Positions 45,592 through 57,600 of a DNA stretch of 64,000 nt are shown here, in pieces; the stretch's first letter is position 1; every line of letters starts with the position of its first letter. This DNA comes from a virus. Where the stretch lies: the IMG/VR virus record IMGVR_UViG_3300008111_000001. One strand, written 5' to 3'. Under the pieces are notes generated by a model that saw only the letters and a list, made by a program, of their open reading frames with translations, ran no database searches and was not told the DNA's origin. The translations under genes were made by a program, and so were the position numbers.

Positions 45592-46455
45592 ATGGCATAT
45601 ATTAATAGAGATTTTCCCAGTTTTTCCGAAAACTTAAGATACGCATATCCGCAATTACAAGCTCCTGGGTATAGGAGATTGGATCAAGATGGTGTTGAAG
45701 AAGTTTATTCTGGTAACTTAAGCTATCTAGAGTTTATTGGTTTAGTTAAAAAAATGTGGGAAGAAAGTTATCCAGCAATACCAATCCTTCCTTTAAGTAT
45801 AAATAGGGAAACTTCCGTAACCTATAAGGACAATGGTGGAACAGATGTTACTTCTGGGGATCTTTCTTCTGCGCCATCTTCGACATATGTTGGGCTTGAT
45901 GAATTTCCCGCAATTATAGGTTATCACTTGGAATTAAGAAAGGCTCATACTACTGAGCCAAAGCCAAGAATGAGACAAAATGTATTGTCTAACACTGTGA
46001 CTATTTATGGTCAGCGTTTTCAGAATATTGTTGGCTTTACTGTTATGTCTAAAGTTGGCACTTTTCAGGGGTCGAATGGCTCAACTACTAGAGACGACCT
46101 TGATGCAGCGGTTTTGTGCGATCAGGTTATTGAAGCTTTCGAAGATTTTATGTTGGAATACACCTCTATTTTTAAGGCTGCAGGAGCATCTGAGCTAGTT
46201 TATTCTAGGCGTTTGTCTGATTCAGAAATCAATCGTGAAGGCAAAGATGTACACAAGAGAACTGTAACCTACATGCTAACTACAGAAAAGACCTTCGCAA
46301 TGTCCAATAGAAGAATTGAGAAGATTGTAGTTGATGCAAGAACTTGGATGGCCTACGAAAAGCAGTTATTAAGAGATCAATTGGCGACCCCTAATTATGA
46401 GGGTACAACGGGTAATATTATTGATTTATTCCAAACAGCAACTCCAAACACGTGA
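45592..46455 (+). CDS. tail completion/terminator-like protein
   Basis: Position immediately before the sheath; fold not verified. Confidence 0.45.
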   Translation: MAYINRDFPSFSENLRYAYPQLQAPGYRRLDQDGVEEVYSGNLSYLEFIGLVKKMWEESYPAIPILPLSINRETSVTYKDNGGTDVTSGDLSSAPSSTYVGLDEFPAIIGYHLELRKAHTTEPKPRMRQNVLSNTVTIYGQRFQNIVGFTVMSKVGTFQGSNGSTTRDDLDAAVLCDQVIEAFEDFMLEYTSIFKAAGASELVYSRRLSDSEINREGKDVHKRTVTYMLTTEKTFAMSNRRIEKIVVDARTWMAYEKQLLRDQLATPNYEGTTGNIIDLFQTATPNT

Positions 46456-46567
46456 AATGGTATATATAAAAATCCTCCCAATTTAACTTTGTAGTTGTTT
46501 TTATAAGTTATGTGTTACTATAGTTGAAGATTCAAAAAAGTTTATTATTTGGAGGATTGAAACCAAT

Positions 46568-47830
46568 ATGGCTATACCTGGAGTAAAAACATTAATTAGA
46601 GATCGCTTCTACAGTGTATCACGTCAGGATACACCTGTTGGTCCTAGAATAGTTGCAATAGCACGTCGTAGCACAGCAAACAATACTGGCTCAGTAGCAG
46701 ATCTTGACGTCGTTAGAGCCACAAATGAAGCAGACGTTATCACCGCCTTTGGCGATGGTTCAGACGCTCACCGCGCTTATTTGGAGCTTGTTTTGGCTGG
46801 AGCTGGAAGAATTTACATTGTTCCACTTCCTTCCGACACAAAATGGGACACTGACCCCGTGAGCCCTACAAGCACTGGAACTGTAACAAGTTCTTCTTAT
46901 GGTGGATCTGTTTTCGACGCCGCATTCATTGCTGCCGAAGCTGCTATCCCTGACATTATTATTCCTTGGGGTAGAGGAGCTCATCCAAATGACTGGCAAG
47001 ACCCAGCCACACCTAGCGATGACGCTTCGTATGGTTTCGTTGCAGATAATACTACTACGGTTTCAAGCAACTGGGCTTATCAAGTAGCCGCAAAGGTTAA
47101 GGATATCTCAGAGAATATTAACCCCTGTATTGCAGTTATGGGCATCAAGCCATATTATAGCACCACAGAGGTTATGACACCCGGTCAGGTCTCTACACAC
47201 TTGGCCTTGTCAGGTCTTCCAGACAGAAATGCTAGCGCTCTCCTCAAAGAGGTGGGCCCGTACGTTGTCGTGGTTGCTGCAGAAGTCAAGCCCGTAAACT
47301 ATCAGTCTGGCACAACAGAGTTTGGTTATGCTAACGGTGCTGCTCACGTAGCTGGCGCCTTAAGCCTTCTTCCTTCATACAGCTCATTGGTAAATAAGGC
47401 TCTCTACAATGTAGAGGCTCTTCGCTATGCTCCTTCTAGAACTCAGCAAGCAGCTCTCGGCGCCAAGGGTGTTAATACCGTTGTTGTAAACTTTAATAAA
47501 ATTCCAGTATTCGGAGAAGGCCTAACATTTGGATGGGCAACATCAGACTATACTCGTCTCTCAACAAAGAGAATCATAGACGACGCAACATCAGTTGTGA
47601 GACAAGCCTGCCAGAGATTTGTTGGTGAACCATCAAACATTCAGACAAGAAATGCGATGGAAACAGCTATCACTTCTGGCTTGAGAGGTATGCAAATCGT
47701 AGGAGCCTTGCTTGGTAGCGACTTTACAGTCTCATACATACCAAACGAAAACAAGGCGATTGTAGACCTCATTTTAACACCTGCCTTCGAGCTCAAGGAG
47801 ATCGAAGTCAGAGTAGCCATTAATCTATAA
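46568..47830 (+). CDS. tail sheath protein
   Basis: LGAKGVNTV, YTRLSTKRIID, FVGEP, TAITSGL, PAFELKEI; strong codon bias; precedes the tube gene. Confidence 0.85.
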   Translation: MAIPGVKTLIRDRFYSVSRQDTPVGPRIVAIARRSTANNTGSVADLDVVRATNEADVITAFGDGSDAHRAYLELVLAGAGRIYIVPLPSDTKWDTDPVSPTSTGTVTSSSYGGSVFDAAFIAAEAAIPDIIIPWGRGAHPNDWQDPATPSDDASYGFVADNTTTVSSNWAYQVAAKVKDISENINPCIAVMGIKPYYSTTEVMTPGQVSTHLALSGLPDRNASALLKEVGPYVVVVAAEVKPVNYQSGTTEFGYANGAAHVAGALSLLPSYSSLVNKALYNVEALRYAPSRTQQAALGAKGVNTVVVNFNKIPVFGEGLTFGWATSDYTRLSTKRIIDDATSVVRQACQRFVGEPSNIQTRNAMETAITSGLRGMQIVGALLGSDFTVSYIPNENKAIVDLILTPAFELKEIEVRVAINL

Positions 47831-47858
47831 TAATTACCGATTAGGAGGGTAAAACAAA

Positions 47859-48521
47859 ATGGCAGCAGAGGAATATACATCAGTTAATAAGTATCTTAAT
47901 ACTTATACCACATTCTCAGGTGCAGACATTGTAGCTACATTTGGTGGAGTAGAAATTGGTGCTCTTTCGGGCATCACGTTCTCAGTAACCAGAGAAAAGG
48001 CCCCAATCTATACCATGGGATCACCCAATCCACGCTCTTTCTCAAGAGGCAAAAGAGGTATCGCTGGTTCATTGATCTTCACAGTCTTTGACCGCCCCGC
48101 TTTGTACAAGATGTTGGATCAGAACTACTCACAAAATAGACCTATGGACTTCTACACCAGAAGCCACAATACCCTTCCTGGCGACAATGGCCACAGAAGA
48201 GGTATTGCTGATGTCAATGAGCAGAAGACCGGAGTAGTTAGAAAGGTTCCTTTCTATGCTGACCAAATTCCACCTTTTGACATTACTATAACATTTGCCA
48301 ACGAGTATGGTCAGGCCGCTGTCAGATCAATATTCGGTGTAGAGCTCCTCAATGAGGGTTCTGGCGCTTCTATGGATGACATCGTCATTGAAGAAACAAT
48401 GACATATGTTGCCCGTGAACTTGGCCCCATGTACACAATTAGAAATGACACTCTTGTTGATCCAACCAACTTGGTAGGAATACCACCCGAAGGATTGAAT
48501 ACAACAATCATCAGACCCTGA
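47859..48521 (+). CDS. tail tube protein
   Basis: TFSGADIVATF...TREKAPIYTMGS...RGKRGIAGSLIFTVF; strong codon bias; followed by a terminator. Confidence 0.8.
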   Translation: MAAEEYTSVNKYLNTYTTFSGADIVATFGGVEIGALSGITFSVTREKAPIYTMGSPNPRSFSRGKRGIAGSLIFTVFDRPALYKMLDQNYSQNRPMDFYTRSHNTLPGDNGHRRGIADVNEQKTGVVRKVPFYADQIPPFDITITFANEYGQAAVRSIFGVELLNEGSGASMDDIVIEETMTYVARELGPMYTIRNDTLVDPTNLVGIPPEGLNTTIIRP

Positions 48522-48540
48522 TAATTTTTAGTGTCGACAA

Positions 48541-48584
48541 AATAAGTGCATGGGAGGTATCTTCCATGCACTTATTTATTTTTT
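48541..48584 (+). terminator. intrinsic terminator after the tube gene
   Basis: AATAAGTGCATGG...CCATGCACTTATT 13-bp stem followed by a T-run. Confidence 0.85.
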
Positions 48585-48594
48585 GGAGATTTTA

Positions 48595-49392
48595 ATGGCA
48601 GAAATTAAAACATTTACTTTTAGAAAAAGTAAACAAGAAGAACCAGTCCAGCAAAGTGGCAATGATCTTTATGATTGGGAAAAATATTTATCTACAATGT
48701 CATTTTCTGGCGCAGATGCTGTTGCCACAATTGTTTTACCGGTAATTGGTCCAGACGGAAATGTTGAGTCTCAAGGAGATTCTATAAATCTGGGAGAATT
48801 ACAGACAATTTCCTATTCTATTCACAGAGAAAACTCTCCAGTAAGAACCCTCGGCCACGTAAATGTTAGGGGTTTTATAAAGGGTGGCAGAACCATCGCC
48901 GGAAGTTTAATATTTACGGTGTTTAACGAATATGCTTTTTATCGCATAAAAGAATTTAAACAGTATTTAGCGAGAAAAACAGGATATTTTGCACCCTTAG
49001 CGGATATGTTACCACCATTTGATATTGTTATTACATTCTTTAATGAATATGGTATTGGTTCAAAAATGAAGATATTTGGAGTAACCATAGTTGACGAAGG
49101 TCAAACACTATCTATAGACGACCTAATTACTGAACAGACTTATACTTACATGGCAAGAGGTATACAGCCCTTAGTTAGAATGCCAGATGACAGTACGGTG
49201 CCTAGGGATACCTCTTACACCGATGAAATGAAAGCCAGAGATCAAATTAGTACAAATGTTTTTGGTGATCTGATTATTTCTGATCTGGCTGAACTTCAAA
49301 AGCAGGTTGAAGAAACCGAATACTATAATACAAATTACAATAGGCCAACAGTTCCAGCTCAGGTTATGCCTCCTGGAAGACTACATCTGTAG
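48595..49392 (+). CDS. tube-like protein, paralog 2 (baseplate-proximal)
   Basis: Start at ATG 48595; FSGAD...HRENSPVRTLG...GGRTIAGSLIFTVF...PPFDIVITF. Confidence 0.7.
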   Translation: MAEIKTFTFRKSKQEEPVQQSGNDLYDWEKYLSTMSFSGADAVATIVLPVIGPDGNVESQGDSINLGELQTISYSIHRENSPVRTLGHVNVRGFIKGGRTIAGSLIFTVFNEYAFYRIKEFKQYLARKTGYFAPLADMLPPFDIVITFFNEYGIGSKMKIFGVTIVDEGQTLSIDDLITEQTYTYMARGIQPLVRMPDDSTVPRDTSYTDEMKARDQISTNVFGDLIISDLAELQKQVEETEYYNTNYNRPTVPAQVMPPGRLHL

Positions 49393-49404
49393 AAAGGTAA
49401 TATT

Positions 49405-50406
49405 ATGCCAGCACCAATTGCCCAGGTTTTCCCTGGGGTATTTTCCAATAACGCCAGGAAAGAATTTAATCCAATAAATGAAAAATTAGATTTAACTTGG
49501 AGCGGTGGTGCTTCTGACGATAGAAGATTTAGTAATTACTATGATTATTATTTCAGTGGGGAAGACATCAAGATTTTTATTGATGGATTATTTGATCCCA
49601 ATGATGAATTAGACATAGCAACTTTTGCATTCAATGTCCGTCAAGAAAAACAGCCTTTGTATGGGTTTTGGTCATACAACTACGATGCCATAATGTATGG
49701 AACCAGAATCATAACTGGGGAAATTGCTTTGTATACTAGATATCCAAGAAGAATGACAGATTTACTAGAAAAAGCAGCATCAACTAGATCTGCAATAGCA
49801 AATGATAAAAGCGCTCCAGGTAGAGTTCTATCAAATCTAAGAAGCCAATTAGAGACAGAAGAAGATGAGGCTTTAATAAATAAATATTGGGAAAGAGGTC
49901 AGCTAGATAGAATTACCGATGATCCTTTCGCTAAAAATGTTGTAGATTCCGATAGAAATATCTTTAGTGCACATCCTCCATTTAATTTTGTTGTAGTTTA
50001 TGGAATGGAAGAAGTGGCTTTGTCGCCAAAAAATCTGTTTCAAACAGACACTAATGATGTAGAATTTAATGGTTCTTTAGATAATTTATCTCGAACAATG
50101 TTGTCTGATGTTAATCAGAGAGTGGTAAAATCTACTTCGTTAAGTTCTCCAATGAAAATTGTTATACAAGAAGTTAACTTAATAAATATGTCAACGGTAT
50201 ATGCTCCAGGTGGACAGCCGGTTGTTGAAACCTATCAGTTTATGGCAAGAGATCATTATTTTACTGAAGTAGATACAACATTCATAAAGAGAGCTTCTGC
50301 TGCGAACGTTTCTTCTGGTCCGTTAGCACCTTTGGCAATTGCGGAGAATTTAAATTATGTAACAAACTGGGGGCAAACATTGGGTGGTTTAGCACCTATA
50401 ATATGA
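49405..50406 (+). CDS. tube-like protein, paralog 3
   Basis: YFSGEDIKIF...RQEKQPLYGF...GTRIITGEI...HPPFNF. Confidence 0.6.
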   Translation: MPAPIAQVFPGVFSNNARKEFNPINEKLDLTWSGGASDDRRFSNYYDYYFSGEDIKIFIDGLFDPNDELDIATFAFNVRQEKQPLYGFWSYNYDAIMYGTRIITGEIALYTRYPRRMTDLLEKAASTRSAIANDKSAPGRVLSNLRSQLETEEDEALINKYWERGQLDRITDDPFAKNVVDSDRNIFSAHPPFNFVVVYGMEEVALSPKNLFQTDTNDVEFNGSLDNLSRTMLSDVNQRVVKSTSLSSPMKIVIQEVNLINMSTVYAPGGQPVVETYQFMARDHYFTEVDTTFIKRASAANVSSGPLAPLAIAENLNYVTNWGQTLGGLAPII

Positions 50407-50409
50407 TTA

Positions 50410-50418
50410 TGATATAAT
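50410..50418 (+). promoter_or_regulatory. extended -10 promoter TGATATAAT
   Basis: 36 nt upstream of ATG 50446. Confidence 0.6.
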
Positions 50419-50445
50419 GTATAGTGATTAGTTCAAGGAGATATT

Positions 50446-51000
50446 ATGGATAATAAAAGAAAAGTTGTTTTACAGAATCTAGAAATAGAAGACACAAATA
50501 CCTCTCAGGAAATTAACTTTACGCTTTCAGGCTCCGATGATCCGAGCGCTCTAGATGTTGAGCTGGAAGATAATGAGGAGTTTTTGGCAGATATCGCTGA
50601 AGAAGAGCAAAAGCAATATACTGATATTGAAGAGGTTCCAGATGAAGAAGAGATCTGGAAAGATGGCCCTAAGGCTGGGGTCGTTAAGGAATGGAAAAAG
50701 CAGTACGGTGACATTTACGTCACCTCAATTACATATGATAAGCATGTTGTATGGCGTGTTCTTAACAGAGCTGAATATAAGCAGATTGTTAAGAAAATGG
50801 AGCAGCTGGTTCAGTCTGGACAGTTGTCGACAGCCGAAGCTAATATGTGGAATGAGGAAACAATAGCAGAACTCTGCATGCTGTATCCTAGATTTGACAA
50901 AGCTAATGCAGTTGGTTTTATGGCCGGTTTGCCATCGCTAATCTCGCAAGAGGTATTAGAGGCTTCTGGATTCGTGGCACTAGAGGTAAGACAGTTATAA
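50446..51000 (+). CDS. tail assembly chaperone 1
   Basis: Position before the tape measure; WKKQYGDIY...VWRVLNRAEY...EVLEASGF. Confidence 0.7.
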   Translation: MDNKRKVVLQNLEIEDTNTSQEINFTLSGSDDPSALDVELEDNEEFLADIAEEEQKQYTDIEEVPDEEEIWKDGPKAGVVKEWKKQYGDIYVTSITYDKHVVWRVLNRAEYKQIVKKMEQLVQSGQLSTAEANMWNEETIAELCMLYPRFDKANAVGFMAGLPSLISQEVLEASGFVALEVRQL

Positions 51001-51001
51001 A

Positions 51002-51631
51002 ATGTTAACAGCTGATATTATTTTTTCTTTAAAAAATAAATACGGCAACATTTATAGTGTTAATATAAAAAATCAAACTGTTGTTTTCAGAGAATTAACA
51101 TTCAAAGAATATGATAAAATTCTTTATCTAAAAACACTAGAAGATGTTGATTCTTCTGATATTGAAGATGTTATCCTTGAATTCGCCGTAATATACCCGG
51201 AGGGCTTCGACACTATGACGATACCTCCGGGTATTGTCGCTAATCTATCCTCCGAAATATTGGATATATCTGGTTTCTTCAGCGCTTCTGTTGCTAAGAG
51301 AATTCTTGAAGAAAAAAGATACGAAGCAACTGAAGTTAAAAATTTAATGAAAGCGTTTGTTTTGGCTACTATAACATCGTATGCTCCAGAAGATCTGGAG
51401 GATATGACTTTCTCTGAATTAGCAGAAAAAGTAGCTTTATCTGAAAAGATTATAGAGATAAAACAAAATGCTAATGGTATGGAATCTACTGATTTGAAGA
51501 TTCAATTAATAGATCCTGAAGAGGAAGAGCAAAAACAGAAAATTTCTGCAGCTAGACATAATCTTTCCAAGAAAGATGGCGAAGCTGCTTACGAAGATCC
51601 TATTGCTCAAAAGCTGTGGGGCATGAAATAA
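51002..51631 (+). CDS. tail assembly chaperone 2 (paralog of chaperone 1)
   Basis: LKNKYGNIY...VFRELTFKEY...EILDISGF. Confidence 0.7.
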   Translation: MLTADIIFSLKNKYGNIYSVNIKNQTVVFRELTFKEYDKILYLKTLEDVDSSDIEDVILEFAVIYPEGFDTMTIPPGIVANLSSEILDISGFFSASVAKRILEEKRYEATEVKNLMKAFVLATITSYAPEDLEDMTFSELAEKVALSEKIIEIKQNANGMESTDLKIQLIDPEEEEQKQKISAARHNLSKKDGEAAYEDPIAQKLWGMK

Positions 51632-51644
51632 GTAGGGAAACAAA

Positions 51645-54600
51645 TTGGTTAGAGATCCAGGACCTATTCACAATCTAGGTTATAGCGTAACGTCTAGAGA
51701 CGTTCCAACTATGATTGATGAAGAAAGGGGAGATGCTCCTAACTCATCATTTATTTCAAAAGCACTAAATGATCATCCTGTTTTAAGATTCGTTTCTACT
51801 GCAGCCACCACTATGGCTTCAGCTTTTGTTTTATCAAAGCTCACAAAACAAGGTGGATTAAAATTAGCCAAGACAGTTCAAGATAGAGCAGACAGTGGCG
51901 CCAGCAGGTTTGCCTCTAATATTGTTAACGTATTTCCTAAAATTAGAAAAGAGTTAGACGAACTTTCTGGCGTTAGCCGAATGATCGACGGCAATACTCC
52001 GGATCAAATCGATCCTTATTCAAGACTTGTTTTTGAGACAGCAGAAGGCAAGCTAACTACTGGCGTTATAAAGCACACAGATCGAGGCTATCACTGGACT
52101 GCCGGTGAGATCAGAAGAAGTGGCAAGGGGTTAGAATATGAGACAGCTGGAATATGGGGTTTCCGAGAGGAGTCTCAAGCTCGTTTAGTCTCTTTGGCCC
52201 GTAGAACGGCCTATGAGCTCCCTGCAGTGTATGTAGGTCAGAAAGCTATAGTCGATCCAATTTTTGGTGGCAGAGACGATTCTAAGGTTAAATGGTACAA
52301 CCCTGTAGATGTATTGACAGACTTTGTTAAAGATTCTACGATCAACTTAGTTACAATGATGATTCCAATGGAGGTTGGCGGAGCTGCAATAGGCAACGCA
52401 AGATCATCGCTGTCTAATTTTAGATATTCAATGTCTGACCTCGCCAGGTCCACTGGATCAAGTGACCTGAAGACAAACTCTTCAAGGATGTTTGTTAATT
52501 TGGCTGACGTTATGTCTGAGGTTGGTCACGACTTAGCTGACATAACTCAAAAGGCTGTAAAGATTTCCGCTCAAACCAGCGGAGCCATTAAGGCAGCTAC
52601 CACAGAGTATAGCCAGCAAAGAATTGATATCAATGCAATTCTTTCAAGAACAAGAAATTTAAGAGCAAAACAAATATATGAAGACTCTAAAGGTTCAAAG
52701 TTAAAGAGGGCTAGAAATGTTGCGACTCAATATGCATTTGGTAATGACGCCAACGGTAACTCTGGATATTTAGATTTATTTCCTGGACTCAGGGGTGTTG
52801 GCAGCGCTGTAAGGCAGGGTGTAAATCAGTTCCGTAAGGTTGGACAAGGTTACGATGTAGTAACTAGGGCGATTGACTTTGATGCAGCAGTACAGAAATA
52901 CGGTGCTGCAAACCCCGACGCTTACAGAGGGCAATTAAAGGGTATAATAAACAATCTTCAAGCTAACTCTACCAATAGAATGTCTATTATGGCCAGTAAA
53001 ATGGCCAGAACATTTGGTGGGCCAATCGGATCAGATAGCTTTTACTCGTCAGAGTTCTATAAAGGAATGGAACAAACAGAGTATAAAAAGGTTTTATACA
53101 AATCTTTAATGGAAAAAACTGCAACATCAGATAGGGATGATTTTGCGAAAACTATAGCAAAGTTTATTGACGATATTGACATCAACAAAACAGCTATGGA
53201 GCCATCAAGAAGAGTAACTATAGGTGAAACTAAAATACTACTTGATGGCGATGAACCATTTGATGAAATAATAAATAGGTTCAAGGGAACCTTATCTAAA
53301 AATAGGGCAGATGAATTTATTCAAAAGGTTGGAAGCTCTGATGTTTTACAGCAGTCCATTATTGATGCCAACAGGCTTTTTTCTGGAGCAGAGTTTCAGG
53401 CAGCATTAAAAGCAAAAGCTAACAAAGGTTATAAAGCATTCCAAGAGCAGGGAATGTTTAAAGTGGCTGGAACAGTTTTAAAAACTAAAAGAGCAGATTT
53501 TGAAGATTTCCTTGATTTAGATAATTTGTCTTACGCACAAAAAGATTTTCTAATTAAAAGATCCGCTCAAAGATTGGGGATGAAACTCAAAGCAGCTGAT
53601 GGCAGAGATCTAAGTAGAGGAGAATTAGGCGAGTCTTTAGGTAAAGTTGGTCTTGATGTAAAAAATCTTGGTCAACTAAGAAGTTTTCTTGTTAGGGAAA
53701 AACAAATAAGTTCTGGTGTTTTTGCTAGTGGGTTTAATCTGTTAGGATTAAGACGGGCAACTGTTGATGAGGCAACCCAACGCGGATTGTTTAGTAATTT
53801 AGATGAAGAGACTCAAAGTTTTATTAATCAAATGTCTTCCAGCATGGTTAGGGCTGATCCAACAAAAACAGCTTCTAGCGTTTCTGTTCTTCCAGATATT
53901 TTTATTACAAAGACTGGTGGTATTCTAGATGTTTCTGGAATAAGGCAAACTGCAAGAAATGTAGGAAACTTTCTAGCCAATGATTTAAGAATACCTGTTC
54001 TTGGTTTTAATCCGGCAGACTTATTCGGTAAGCAGTCTTTTAATGAAATGTCTGGAAGGGCTCCCTTTCAGTTTATTCAGGGTAAAGTTTCACAGCCTTT
54101 CCTTCAAGGCGCAGACAAATCTGCTGACTTCTACTTATTCTATAGCGGTGGAAAAACAAAAGGTAAAGTTATGGCGTTTAATTATAACGTCATGGCTCAA
54201 CAGTATACTTCTAGAACCTTGGATGGAACCTTTAGGCCGCTAGCTAAAAACAGCTCACAAATGTTGACTCGTGCAGCTAGAAATGCCGCTGCAGAAAGAG
54301 ACGCCGAATCCCTTAATTCCTTAAATTATCAAGAAGGCACATTCAGAAGTAGATTTTTTTCTGGTCTATCAAGATTCGGTGTAACACCAGAAAGAGAGTT
54401 AAAATTTAGAGAAGCTTTTGATATTAACTATGATCAACCAAACTCTATATTTGGTTTTATGTCTAGATTTTCCAGGAGAAATATTGATCCAGAAAATCCT
54501 AGATTTTTTGCACAAGTAATATCTGGGAGAGATATTAATACAAAAGCGGGAACGCTGAGAAAAAACATTGTTAAAGACGCAGACGGCAATGTCCAAAGAG

Positions 54601-57600
54601 TTAATGTAATTAACGCTGATACTGGCGAAGAAATGGTTTCAGAAAAAGCTTTGTTGGAAGCTTTTGAAGGGTTTAGAAGAAGGGCATTTGGAGCTGGTTT
54701 TTCTCGACGTGCAATGAGAGCGATAGAGGATGCTGATCCGTCATTAGCTACGTATTCTGGCGTAAAAGTAAGTCAGCTTCAGAATGTTCAGGAAAAAATA
54801 GATTTTGCAAATGTGTTGATCAGAGGTGTCGACAGAGATGCAAATATTTTAAGAAGACAGGGCATAGACGCTGCTACATTGTTCCAAAGTAGAGAGAGAA
54901 TTAGGAAGGTATTAGAGGAGTCAGACTTGTTATCTGGTTCTCAGATACGGTCAGTTAGCCCAACGATTCTTACAAGAGAAGACCAATTAACAGACGAACT
55001 ATTTAAGTTTTTAATTCAAAGAAACGAATTAGTTTCAAATAGCACTAGGCAAACATTCGGTCAAAATTTTATTAAGATAAACCAAGCTCTTGCAAATATA
55101 GCCAAGGAAATGCCTGCCGGTGAGTTGGCTGAAGCGCAAGCGGCAGCATTTGGAGCATTAACCAACCTAAACTCAGTAAGGGCAAACAGATCTTTTCTAA
55201 AAGAAATTGAAGTTCAAAGAAGAGCTCTTGCAAATGTTATAGAGTCTTTAGAAGGTTCTCCGGAATTAGTTCAGCCATTTTTATCTGGTTCAATTGAAAG
55301 AGTTGGAGAAATAGGTAAACTTGGTTTAGCTAAAAAATTATTATATCCATCATTAAGCACGGCTTCTTTTAAAATATCGCATTTAGCAACAGATCCACTT
55401 GGTTCAGCTACTGGTCCTGGCGCTGACGTTTTGTTGGTTCCCACTTTTGGTAGTGTATTTGCCAGGAATCCTGTTGGAGCATTAAAGAGTGTTGCAGGAA
55501 TAAATACATACAGTAGTCCAGAAAGCTATTCAAACCTATCTGCTGCAGTATCTCATGGTGTTGAAAGACTTAATAAATATTTTGGCACAGTTGGATTACA
55601 GTTAGATGTAAATCAATATGGTTCTCCGTTAGATCTTTTTGCAAGGGGCATGGTAGGCAAAAGAGTTCTGCCACTCTATGCTGGCGGATTAGCTTTCATG
55701 ACCGCTGATAGAACAATTGGTGGGATGGTCAATGAAAAAGATGCAAGAGGAGAAAGGGTTTATTCTCCATTTTTTGTTGGGGCAGCGACAAAAGCTGTAG
55801 GACAAGTTCATGCATTAGGTGCTGGGGTTATGCCTGGTGGAATGAGCTATGAAGAGAAAAAGGAACAGCTTTTTGAGGGAGAGGTGCCGATAAGGCAGGG
55901 TCGTTTCTGGCCATTGGGTAATACTCCATTTATGGGCGGAAAGATAATGTATTACAGGCCAAGTATTTATCGCAAGATTGAAGCTGGCTCAATGTTTACT
56001 TCTGATACATATGGTTCCCCTATAGAAAGAGCCTTATTCTATACGGACATATCTCCACTACGTCCATTGGATCCATATCGCTTTGAAAGAAAGCATTATG
56101 AAGATAGGCCATATCCTATAAGTGGAGAATATTTTTCTGGTCCGTTTGGTCCACTAACTCCCGCACTAAACGCCACAGTAGGCAGGATATTAAAGCCTCA
56201 AATAAAAATGCACGAGCAAGAAGTTTCGCAAGCTTTGTCTAATTATGCTCCAGCAGGACAATCTGGAGCTTATGATGCAAGCGCTTACTTGCGACAAGTT
56301 TCCATGCCCATGTTGCCCGGACAGGCAGCTCAACAGCAATTTGGGCAAGCTTCCATCGGTGGATTAATACAGGGCGGAACCCCAATTATGTCTATGGGGA
56401 TTTCTTCTGGTGGACCTGGCCCAGGAATACAAGCATCAGCAAACGCAGAGTTGGCAGGCAGGGCGGGAGCATTAAACACCGCCAAGTATTCCACCATGCA
56501 GAGCATAGGACAGATCAATGGTCAGTATACCCAAATGGCATATGGTCCCCCAAAAACTCCAGGTATGATGCCTCCAAGAATAGTTGGTGCGGGATCACCG
56601 ATTTCTGTTGGCGATCCACAGGTGCAACTTCAAGATTTTGGATATAGAACTCAAGAAGCCTTAGGTATCTATGGTTTCGCTGGTGCCGCATTCAGAGAAT
56701 CTTTTGGATATGGTCAAGGAGATTTTGAACCACAAAGAGCAGTTTTGCAATCTGCCTCCAAGGCATATGGTATGAGTAGGCAGTTCTGGGATTATAATCT
56801 TGGCGGACTTGGTGACGTTCCAATGTTAGGTGGAAGAAATTTTGGTTCAATAGAATTTTCTGAAATAACTAGAAGATTTATACCAAAAGAAAGAACTGGT
56901 GTTGATTATCTGAATCCAATACAAAACACTATGGGCAAACAATATCCATTTTTGCCAGGGCCAGAATATTATTTAGATTTCACTAGAGGAGATCCTTTTA
57001 CCAAGGTTCAAGAAGGTGAACTCCGTTTGCCTGGAGTCGCTTACGAAAGATTGAATCAACTGCATTCAGATGAAACTGGAAGATATGGTTTATTAGATCA
57101 ATTTAAAATACTTGGAGATGTTGCCCCTTACTCTAAGCAGTATAGGTATTTAGATAAAAAAATTAATAGTTATTTAGATGATCCATCAGAAAAGCTGCAG
57201 GCTGACAGTATTAGAGAAAGAGTAGCTTCTATACAGCAGAGGGAAACTTTCTCTGAATATAGTCATGTCGGCAAAACTGCTCAAGAAGCTGGCACTAACC
57301 CTCTTGTTCACAATCTATCTAGAGCGGCAGAATATATTGCCCACAGAGATACTTTTATAAATAGAAAGTTTATCAATAAACAAACGGCAGTGGAGGACTG
57401 GGAAAGAAACAATGTTTACGGAGCTACATTCCCAGAGTGGCAGAGACCATTCGAAAGCTTCATAGAACCAATGATTAACAAAGCTGCTGACAGAAATCCA
57501 TTAGCAGCATCTGCAAGCTTGGCTGCTGCAGGACTTTTTGCGGGTAGAACGCAACCAGGAAAACTGGTCATGTCTGGCCTAGGTGCCATTACCGGATTAG

